A DNA stretch of 64,000 nt from NCBI GenBank assembly GCA_013239625.1, contig MU053513.1:20370-84369 (forward strand), given 5' to 3'. The position numbers and the translations under genes are program-made. The notes under the pieces are model-generated. The model worked only from the letters and a program-made list of their open reading frames with translations, had not been told where the DNA came from and did not search any database. Source of the stretch: Lama guanicoe (taxonomy: Eukaryota). This document shows positions 53,395 through 64,000 of the stretch, one piece after another (within the stretch, counting starts at the first letter, position 1; each line of letters starts with the position of its first letter).

Positions 53395-55413
53395 TAATTG
53401 ACTTATCAGATATTTACCAAATAAGTCCTAATTCTCAGGCTCTGCTCTATGTACTTGGAATAAATCATTGAACCAGATGGTCTACTCTCATGGAACCTGC
53501 ATTTCAGTTAATGCATTTCTTAATACATGCTTAGACTGTTGGAAATATATACAAAAATTAATTTAGACAATTTAGTGATGTAACAAATACTATTGAGTTG
53601 TTTTAAGTGGAGAAGGTGTTATAAATGCTGAGTGAGGAAACAGTGAGATATTTTTTCATGCAAAGCTAAACACTACTGTATTTTCATGAAAATGACAGAC
53701 ACAGCAAAGAGAAAGTGGTTTACTTCTGGAAAACTCTCAGGGCTCAGTTGAGATAAAAATGGCTGTGGATGATAGTGGAGTAAAATCTACTTCATTTGGT
53801 TTAAGTGGAGGGGATATGAGAGAAATTAACAAGAAATAAAACAATAAAAATTGTAGAGGGAAGAAGCTTTGAAAGAATTACAAACCACAAGGGCAAGTAG
53901 GATTATAATGCATGCTATTCCAATCAGCATGTTTTATAGAATAAAAAGGAGTGAAATACTTGCCCAGACTCATACCACTACTTTGTAAATACGGCTAGTA
54001 AATAGGTTTTCGGACTCCTAGCCTTTGTGTTAGTTGTGTGAAAGGCAAACAGGAGTAAAGTATCAGGGATAGGGCACCCAGAAGGAAACAAGGTTTTGAA
54101 GGGAAAAGTCACGTAGTTACTGTCACAAATAGAGATAAATGGAGCTAGTAGACATTCGCTAATAATTTTTATTAAGATAATAGAGCCAGAGTGAATAAAT
54201 TACGTAAGAAGCAATCTCTACAGGAGATGGATTTTGCTCCAGGAAGGAGCACTGAGAAGGTGGATTATGAAATTAGGAGGGAGATATAATTCAGACAATA
54301 GATGAAATCTTCAGTATTTTGAAATTTGTCCTATGATATGTACATCCTGTTCAAAAGTTAATTAGGTTTAAAACATAAAATAAATTGGAAGAATGTAGAT
54401 GTCTTTCAACAGGAGTTTTGAATTGGGTAAGAGAATACTGGATTAAAATCCTCTATCATTTACAAATGAAATTACCTTGGGCAAGTTAACTTCTTGAATT
54501 CCAGATTTTTTGTTTTTCAAATTGGAAGCGTAACACTGCTAAAGTTAATTTCCTGAACTGTATCTATGCACACTGGTGTGTGGAAAATGATAAATATTAA
54601 TCACACACAAAAACATACAAACATGTAACTGAACTACATGAGAACTGCTTTTCTTTGTAATTTTGCTAAAGCCTGGTAGAGTTTATGTGTATGCAACCTA
54701 CTGTGTGTGCGAGGGGAAATGAAACCGAAGATTCTCTCATCATCTCACGATCTTGAAACAACAAAAGCATTACTAGGAAATTATTAATTACACAATGTGC
54801 AATAAGAACTGTTTACAATTAACTGTAAGATTTGCTTAATTAAGTTACAGAAATAAATGCTGTAGACCTTGAACATAATTTCAAAGGCTTAATTTCACCT
54901 CTTCCTGTGGTTGAATCTTTAAACTCTGTAGCCGAAATGAACTCCTTTCAGCTCCCCAGTGCACAGTTCTTCTATAAGACTTTCAATGTGTCTTGGATAT
55001 GCTCCCCTCTGCTGAGGTTCGATTTTACCCCACCCCTATTTCTCCATTACACCAACTTATATTTGCTTTCACTTCTTCCCAGAACCTGCTCCTAATGTCA
55101 ATCCCACGCTCTTCCTGTGTGTCACATATCACACACGTCACCTATACCTCCTCCCACTAGTAATAATTGGAATAATGTCTTACCGTGAAGTATTACTGTA
55201 CACTGCCATGCCGCTATTTTGTATGAATTTCTCATTTCCTGCTCCTAGTAAATCTGAAAAACATCTGAACTATTAAGATTTCCATTTTACAAATATAGAA
55301 AGTAAGGCTTTTTTTTAAATCTATTTTTATATGTAGTTGTTAATATTTGCAAATCTCAAACTCCCAAATGTATCCCTTCCTACCTCCTTCCTTTTCCCTG
55401 GTAAATTCAGTAA

Positions 55414-55449
<36 letters not shown>

Positions 55450-57475
55450 GAAAAGAATAATTGACTTATCAGATATTTACCAAATAAGTCCTAATTCTCA
55501 GGCTCTGCTCTATGTACTTGGAATAAATCATTGAACCAGATGGTCTACTCTCATGGAACCTGCATTTCAGTTTATGCATTTCTTAATACATGCTTAGACT
55601 GTTGGAAATATATACAAAAATTAATTTAGACAATTTACTGATGTAACAAATACTATTGAGTTGTTTTAAGTGGAGAAGGTGTTATAAATGCTGAGTGAGG
55701 AAACAGTGAGATATTTTTTCATGCAAAGCTAAACACTACTGTATTTTCATGAAAATGACAGACACAGCAAAGAGAAAGTGGTTTACTTCTGGAAAACTCT
55801 CAGGGCTCAGTTGAGATAAAAATGGCTGTGGATGATAGTGGAGTAAAATCTACTTCATTTGGTTTAAGTGGAGGGGATATGAGAGAAATTAACAAGAAAT
55901 AAAACAATAAAAATTGTAGAGGGAAGAAGCTTTGAAAGAATTACAAACCACAAGGGCAAGTAGGATTATAATGCATGCTATTCCAATCAGCATGTTTTAT
56001 AGAATAAAAAGGAGTGAAATACTTGCCCAGACTCATACCACTACTTTGTAAATACGACTAGTAAATAGGTTTTCGGACTCCTAGCCTTTGTGTTAGTTGT
56101 GTGAAAGGCAAACAGGAGTAAAGTATCAGGGATAGGGCACCCAGAAGGAAACAAGGTTTTGAAGGGAGAAGTCACGTAGTTACTGTCACAAATAGAGATA
56201 AATGGAGCTAGTAGACATTCGCTAATAATTTTTATTAAGATAATAGAGCCAGAGTGAATAAATTACGTAAGAAGCAATCTCTACAGGAGATGGATTTTGC
56301 TCCAGGAAGGAGCACTGAGAAGGTGGATTATGAAATTAGGAGGGAGATATAATTCAGACAATAGATGAAATCTTCAGTATTTTGAAATTTGTCCTATGAT
56401 ATGTACATCCTGTTCAAAAGTTAATTAGGTTTAAAACACAAAATAAATTGGAAGAATGTAGATGTCTTTCAACTGGAATTTTGAATTGGGTAAGAGAATA
56501 CTGGATTAAAATCCTCTATTATTTACAAATGAAATTACCTTGGGCAAGTTAACTTCTTGAATTCCAGATTTTTTGTTTTTCAAATTGGAAGCGTAACACT
56601 GCTAAAGTTAATTTCTTGAACTGTATCTATGCACACTGGCATGTGGAAAATGATAAATATTAATCACACACAAAAACATACAAACATGTAACTGAACTAC
56701 ATGAGAACTGCTTTTCTTTGTAATTTTGCTAAAGCCTGGTAGAGTTTATGTGTATGCAACCTACTGTGTGTGCGAGGGGAAATGAAACCGAAGATTCTCT
56801 CATCATCTCACGATCTTGAAACAACAAAAGCATTACTAGGAAATTATTAATTACACAATGTGCAATAAGAACTGTTTACAATTAACTGTAAGATTTGCTT
56901 AATTAAGTTACAGAAATAAATGCTGTAGACCTTGAACATAATTTCAAAGGCTTAATTTCACCTCTTCCTGTGGTTGAATCTTTAAACTCTTTTAGCCGAA
57001 ATGAACTCCTTTCAGCTCCCCAGTGCACAGTTCTTCTATAAGACTTTCAATGTGTCTTGGATATGCTCCCCTCTGCTGAGGTTCGATTTTACCCCACCCC
57101 TATTTCTCCATTACACCAACTTATATTTGCTTTCACTTCTTCCCAGAACCTGCTCCTAATGTCAATCCCACGCTCTTCCTGTGTGTCACATATCACACAC
57201 GTCACCTATACCTCCTCCCACTAGTAATAATTGGAATAATGTCTTACTGTGAAGTATTACTGTACACTGCCATGCCGCTATTTTGTATGAATTTCTCATT
57301 TCCTGCTCCTAGTAAATCTGAAAAACATCTGAACTATTAAGATTTCCATTTTACAAATATAGAAAGTAAGGCTTTTTTTTAATCTATTTTTATATGTAGT
57401 TGTTAATATTTGCAAATCTCAAACTCCCAAATGTATCCCTTCCTACCTCCTTCCTTTTCCCTGGTAAATTCAGTA
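53350..57475 (+). repeat. Tandem duplication, 2 x 2,063 bp (53350-55412 and 55413-57475)
   Basis: Both copies begin ...gaaaagaataattgacttatcag and end ...ccctggtaaattcagta; offset 2063 at both ends; about 15 differences counted by eye. Left edge lies in (GAAA)n so is ambiguous. Confidence 0.97.
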
Positions 57476-57625
57476 TCTTGTGAAAACCTTTAATGAAAAA
57501 AATATGAAAACAAGTATATGTATGCATATGTATGACTGAGACATTATGCTGTACACTAGAAATTGACACATTGTAACTGACTATACTTCAATTTAAAAAA
57601 AAAAAAAGGAAAAAAGAAAAAAAGG
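57375..57625 (+). mobile_element. 5'-inverted (twin-primed) short L1 inserted into a MIR
   Basis: Antisense arm ~57375-57467, sense arm ~57468-57625 with A tail; TSD aagtaaggctt at 57364-57374 and 57626-57636; MIR core resumes afterwards (ggaaagggtaagcaacttgac). Confidence 0.9.
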
Positions 57626-60569
57626 AAGTAAGGCTTGGAAAGGGTAAGCAACTTGACTACGGTCAGAGGACTATGCATCACATGCTGCCTGATTCACTAA
57701 CGATCTCCAGTGATTCAGACTCACTTTTGCTCACCTGCTTATATGCATTGCCCAATAATCTCTAAAGAATCCTGAGATCAGAGATAGTAGCCTGGTTGTT
57801 ATTTTACCTCTAATACTTTGCCAAGTGCCTGACATCCATGCTTGACTCTCATTGATTGCCTAAGGTTATTGCCTGCGATGGCATTGGAATGCATGAGCAG
57901 TTGGGAGAGTTGCAGACTTTATCTAGGGAGATATCAGACAACAGCATGAAAGCAGAATTTTGACCACCATCATTCTCTCCAGAGGAGTTGCTGGAAAAGT
58001 GCCCGGCATCTGACACATCTGAGGGTGGCTCAGCCTGTGACAACCTAGCCTGCATCATCATTTACTTCCTGACCTCTAAGAAAGTAGCGCCCCTACCAGG
58101 GAGTGGGAGCACTGGTGCCGAGGGGCTGAGGGTAATGACAGTGGTGTCAACAAGAGGATCGAGCAATCATCCGTGCCTGTGCTGAACCAGAATGCTTCTG
58201 AGGCAGCTCATGAACTGTTTTATAAATCAATAAGACGGTTTAAAAAATAAATGAATGAATAAGTAACAATATTACTTAAATATTATAATAAATACATAAT
58301 ATAGCAATCATAAATAAATAAATATGCTCATTTAGGATTTTTAATATGTATACATCAAATATATATAAAGCTAGGAATAAATACCTAGGAGTGATAGAAA
58401 TCTCAATCATAATTTTGATTTCAGATTACCTCTTTTCTCTGGTTAGGTTTCTGTTGCTTTTCTTGAACATGCTCTTCCATTTTCCTGATACTTTTCCATG
58501 TGACCACACCATTTGTATTGCTTGTCTCTCTACACTTTCTTGTATTACAGTCTTTATTAATATTTTCAGACAATTCTCACTCTTTTATAATACCTGTTTA
58601 AATATCATTTAGTTATTTTTTATGATTCAATTTCCTTTACAAAGTTCTTAGTACATAGTCATTTCCCTTGAGATGACATCTTGCCAAGTTTGCTCTATGC
58701 ATATCTCTTTCTGCTGAACGTTTTGTCTTCTCTGTATGATTTCTTGAAGTTTTGACCCTCTACCTGGTGGAAGAATTTTGGCTGTGCTAAAGCAATGGAA
58801 GGAGAATTTAAACCATCTTCCTTAGTGACCTGAATACATTCCAGAATGAGTAGAAGTGAAAATGTACATCCCAAAAGATTTAAAAACATGGATAAAATGA
58901 TACCTACACATTTATGCAACTATATGAAATATTAATTTTGTGTATGGCAGCTCAGAAGCATGAGTTTTAAACTGTCATGAGCACAGTCTTATACGGGTTA
59001 CTTGTGGATTCTAGTTTACAAGTAATGAGTGTTGGAAGGTTTGTGTCTATGTATTTGCATGTATACATAGATAGGCCTAAAACTTTTAATACAAAGGATA
59101 AATGAGATGATTTATTTAGATTCCTTCTATATTCTAAGAGGGATCATGAATGCAGTCACTTAACTATATCTGATATTCTCAACACATGTACACATGCAGT
59201 CTTCATTCTTTAAGACTTTGCCTCACAAATTCCACAATATTTTATTAAACATTTAAAAAATCAAACAGATGAATAATGTTTGTGGTTAACTGACTTAAAT
59301 AACAAGTCAATTTTTTAAAAGTTACCGTGTAAGTTTTTTTTGTAATATTGCATGAGAAGTGGTTCGTGTACCTTTTTCCCTTTAATATCCTACTTTGTGT
59401 ACAGTGAGACTTCTGTTAATATTTTGAATGAATATTCATATGGAACTATGAAGCAGAATAGATAAAATGTGATGGATTAATATTATATTTTCTTCATGTG
59501 TCACTCTTTATTTATGCTGCTTGTCTCTTTTGAATCTAGCTTTATATTCAAGTTTACATCTTAAACATTTTCTTCTATCTAGTATAAATAAGTGTAGATA
59601 AATTTTAAGCCAGGTTTTATGAGTAATATTCTCACCATATGCATAACAGGCACTTCGTTGATAATGAAGTTTCCTGTGCAATATATTGTCTTTATGTGTT
59701 ATATAAAACTTTATAATGAAGTATCAAAAATATAGTTATTGTAAGCAGGGCTGGATAAATGTTTTCTTTGTTATAATTGCTCTAATTTATATTATTATTA
59801 TTAATGATTTCATAAACACCCAATTCTTTCTCCCACCTGAACTGAAAAATGGGCAATTTTTCAAGACTATAAAAATTTAGCATTAAATTATAACTGCACC
59901 CATTATCTTAAAACTGAACTTGTCCTTAGGGTACAATCACTCTGTCTATGACACAGAATTTTTTGTTTCTTTTGCTATTTTAAGTAATAGTAATTTTTAC
60001 CTGTCATATTATAGGCTGCATAAGATCTTGACTAATTATTATTATCTTAAGTTTATTCAATTATCTTATTTACATATTTTTGCTTGTTATTTATTGGCTA
60101 TGTATTTTTTTTTTGTTCTGGATTTAGTTGTAATAAATATTTTACAGATAATATGGCTTATAAGAAAAAAAATCATTTTGCTTCCCTAGTTTATAGTATT
60201 AATAACGTCAAAGTACAAGGCAAATTCTGATGATAGTAAGTAGCGTACAACATCTTTAAGATAAGAAATTTTGGAAAATAAACTTACCAGTATAACATGC
60301 ATTTAATATTTTGCATTTTGTTGATAACGACTTGAGGGTAAAGGAAACTGACAATGAAAATTCTATCCTTTCCCTTCTTGATAGCTAAGTATTCTTTGGA
60401 AAAAATTTTGAATTGTCAAGGCAGAAATCTTTTCCCAGATACTGACATTTATACAGAACACATAGTAAATGAATACTTTATTGCTAAAGTAATGTGAAGA
60501 GATTAAAAAAGACAAAGAAATTCTTATTCAAAAGCTAAAGTTTTGTTTGAAAAATGGAACAGGTGCTAC

Positions 60570-61100
60570 AAGTGGCAATGGAGGCCGGGTTACTTCTGTC
60601 AACAAGAAACAGACTAGACGAATGTTTACTGTGTCTATTTGAAATTATCAGAGAGCCACGAAGGGCTCAAGGACTTGTGAGGCCAGCATTCCGACTAAGA
60701 CAGAAGACCAAAGTGCTGAATCGGTGTTGAAACTATCTTTTATTCTGAGGTATTTGCCAATTCAAAGGTGAAAGTCTGAGGAGCTAAGAGTCTGACCAGA
60801 AGCGAAGGGTGCCAAGCGGCGTGCTGGGAGGGGTCTGAGGAGGCTCCCAGCACCGAGGAGACGATTGGAGCTCACGGTCTGTGACGGTGAAAGAATCCTG
60901 TGAACACCTGGGTTTCCTCCTAGGACCCTGTGGGCTACATGCTTCGAGTGAGGGAGAATTACAAATAGATGTGTGCTTGCAAAGCCTGAAGCCCGGCTTA
61001 GACTCAATACCATTCTTCTTTAGGGCTCTAACGAATCTGTCTGCCAGGAGCAGAAGTAAATCCTCTACAGGGAAGAATAGCCTCGAACCCGTCATATTGG
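60570..61100 (+). mobile_element. Probable old L1 5' UTR remnant
   Basis: aaggacttgtgaggccagcattcc...ctgaggtatttgccaattc...gctaagagtctgaccagaag resembles ancient L1M 5' ends; lies upstream of degenerate ORF2 pieces. Confidence 0.4.
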
Positions 61101-61199
61101 TCCTACTTCTTTTTCCACAAAATGTATGAAACTTAGCGAAAAATATTAAGCCTGCAGACAAGAATTCACTAAAAACCAAAAATAAAAGCAGATACTAGA

Positions 61200-64000
61200 A
61201 AAATAACAACAAGAGATACACATATTGTGTTACTAGTCCAAGATACGTGAAGTGGGCAAAAGGAAGTATAGATAAATATGTCTCTAAACAGTGAAGTCAA
61301 TAAGGTAGATCTTATTAATGTACATAAAAACTTATACTTATTATAAATACACCTTTTCCTCAAGTGCACCTAGAAGTTTTCTAAAAATTTGTGACCGATT
61401 AGATCCAAGGAAAATCTCAAGTTCCTTAAAATAATAATTCTCTGATCTTAATGTAATAAGAACGGAAATTAAGAGCAAAATCTAGAAACCTAAAAGTTCA
61501 TTCCACACAGAGTTTTTAAAAAAAACCCTCTCTGTTAAGTTATTTTTTAGTGAAAAAGGAAATGCAAACCAAATAAAAAAACCACTAAAAATATACTAAT
61601 AATTATTAAAAAATAACACATTATAGTTTTTGACACACATAAAGCAGTAGACGGTAATGCATAGTCTTAAATACTCATAAAAACAGAAATAAGAAATAAA
61701 ATTTAAAAATAAAAATAGATTAAATAAATACTAAAAGGAATAATAGCAAGTATTCATTTATTTATACCAAGAATGCAGCTATACCTTTATGTTCAGAAAT
61801 TGTTAACACGTAGTATATCATTAGATGAAAGGAAAAAACTCACATATGCACACGTGATTACTTCCATAGATGCTGAAAAGGACTTGTAAGATATTCAACA
61901 CCCATTTCTGATTAAAAAAATAGGAAGCAATAAAAGAGGATTTGAGAAATACTTTATAACAGGAGTATGTGTGTATATTTCTATGTGTACATATGAATAT
62001 ATAAACAATGTATATGTATATATGTTGATATAATTTACAATAAATGTATATGTATATGTAACTAAATAGAGAAGAAAACTAAATGGTCATCTCAACAGAT
62101 GCAGTATTTACTAAATTTGTCATTTTATTTTTTATTGGAGTATAGTCATTTACAATGTGTCAGTTTCTGGTGTACAGCATAAAGTTCCAGTCATGTATGT
62201 GTGTATATATACACATATATATATAAACATACTCATTTTCATATTAGTTTTCACTAAAGGTTATTATAGGATATTAAGTATAGTTCCCTGTGCCACACAG
62301 AAGAAATTTGTTTTTTTATCTATTTTTGTATATAGTAGTTAACATTGCAAACCTCAGACTCCCAAATTTATCCCTTCCCACCCCCTTTCCTCAGTAGATT
62401 GTTTACTACATCTGCAGATCTGTTTGTTTTGTAAATGAGTTCATTAGGGTCCTCTTTTGTCTTTCTTTCTTTCTTTTTTTATTTTTAGATTCTACATATG
62501 AGTGATATCATATGGTATTTTTCTTTCTCTTTCTGGCTTACTTCACTTTGAGTGATGATCTCCAGGTCGATCCATGTTGGTGCGAATGGCATTATTGTAT
62601 TCTTCATGGCTGAGTAGTATTCCATTGTATAAATATACCACTACTTCTTTATCAAGTTATCAGTTGGTGGACATTTAGGCTGCCTCCATGTCTTGACTAT
62701 GTAAATACTGCTGCTATGAACATTGGGGTGCATGCATCTTTTTGAATTAGAGTTCCTTATAACCATAATAATGGCATCAAATTTCTTTAATTTGATTATT
62801 TTAAAGTGACTACAAATACCTGGAGCAGTTATGTACTTAGTAGCAAAACTCTGAATCTTCCTTCTGAGTTTGGGTACAAGACAAGAGTGGTCAATTTCAC
62901 CACATCTGTTCAAATTTGGAGAGAATGTCTTTGTCAATGAAATGAACAAAGGAAAGAAATGAAAAGTATGTGGTTAGAAAGAAAAAATAATTTTATTATT
63001 TATAGATTATATTATAATACAAATAGAAATTTCAACACTTCTATGGGTAAATTACTAGAATTATTAAGTGACTTTTGCAAGGTTGATAGGTAAAAGGTCA
63101 ATGTAGAAAAATCAGTTATATTACTAAACATTTACAAAACCAATTAGAAAATAAAATGCCATTGAAAATAGCATCCAATATATACTCAAAATAAATGTGT
63201 GTGTATATACAGCAACTCAGTATATGACAAAGATAGCTGTCTAGATGAGTGGGAAAAAGAAAAAGACTTTATAATTGGCACTGGAACAACAGGCTTTCTC
63301 ATAAAAAAAGAAAATGATCCTTAACATCCCTTCCACAGCAAAAATCAGTTCCAGGTGGGTTAAAAACCCAAATGTGAAAGAAAAATCAATTCAAAATATT
63401 ACATAAAGAAGTTAAGTACATCTTAAATGAGAAAAAAACAAAATCACTGAAAGAAATATTATATTTTTTAATTTATTAACATGAAAAACTTTTAACCTAA
63501 GAAAAGCTAGAGTGAAAACAAGGAAGCTAGAGGGTGAGAGAATATTATTGGTCTCACATGTAAATGCTTTAGCCCTAGCAACCAGAGTATAAAAGGAACG
63601 TCTACAAAATGAGACAGCCCGATAGATCAATGTTCCAAGGGCCTGTACAGGTAAATCACAGAAAGAAAAATCCTAATGGCCAATAAATTAAAATGAAAGG
63701 TCATTCATATTGTTATTAATCAAGGAAATATAAATGTAAACCACGAGTGTAATGATACATTGTTTAAGCCCATCAGATTAGCAAAAAGATGTCTAAGTGA
63801 CAATCGGGGAAACAAGAAATCTTGCTCACTACCATCAGAAGTGTAAATTTACATATTCAGTGAAAAGGAGTTTAACATTTTCTAGCTAAGTTGAAGGTAA
63901 ACTTACCTTATGGTGGAGCAATTCCTAGGTCAGAGAGTATCTGTATACATTTGTTCCAGAGTCTACATATAAGGTGTCTGACACGTAATTTCTGTAGTAG
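61200..64000 (+). mobile_element. Degenerate old L1 ORF2 fragments (probably more than one element)
   Basis: ttcctcaagtgcacctagaagttttctaaaaatt; catagatgctgaaaagg (61865); catctcaacagatgcag (62088); gcaaggttgataggtaaaaggtcaat; cccatcagattagcaaaa. Confidence 0.7.
62121..62757 (-). mobile_element. Young 5'-truncated L1 3' end nested in old L1
   Basis: ttattggagtatagtcatttacaatgtgtcagtttctggtgtacagc...gaacattggggtgcatgcatctttttgaattagagttcc; same type as 45415-46053; no TSD seen. Confidence 0.9.

Noticed and set aside
53197..53397. 66-aa KKER-repeat ORF, and ORF 55337-55534
   Set aside because: (GAAA)n translation; the second spans the duplication junction by chance.
60762..61179. Overlapping 82-131 aa ORFs in a GC-richer patch, possible exon or promoter
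   Set aside because: No recognisable protein similarity or splice structure, too weak for a CpG island, and better explained as an old L1 5' end.
1..64000. CRISPR array, operon, NUMT or novel multi-gene system
   Set aside because: No regularly spaced repeats, long ORFs or mitochondrial-like sequence seen. Small spliced exons or lncRNA exons cannot be excluded without alignment or expression data.

Overview
AT-rich, CpG-poor mammalian nuclear DNA, apparently intergenic or deep intronic. I found no credible protein-coding exon, intact RNA gene, CRISPR array or prokaryotic feature; the listed ORFs are chance frames, repeat translations or retroelement antisense. The host is probably a camelid (inference): there is a camelid-type tRNA-SINE tail at ~771-838 and young L1 3' ends of a matching type, and I saw no Alu, B1, BovB, Bov-tA, PRE-1 or CanSINE. 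The window is a mosaic of L1, L2, MIR, ERVL/MaLR LTRs, DNA-transposon MITEs and microsatellites. I see no new biological system. The notable signals are mechanistic footprints: a 2,063-bp tandem duplication joining a twin-primed L1 to a (GAAA)n tract, a tailless tRNA-Gly(TCC) 5'-half retrocopy with a TSD, two short locally templated duplications, a three-level MER58/L1/L1 nest, a possible hAT transposase fossil and a TGACA-dense candidate enhancer. Repeat family names come from my recall of consensus sequences, not from a search, and boundaries of old repeats are approximate.
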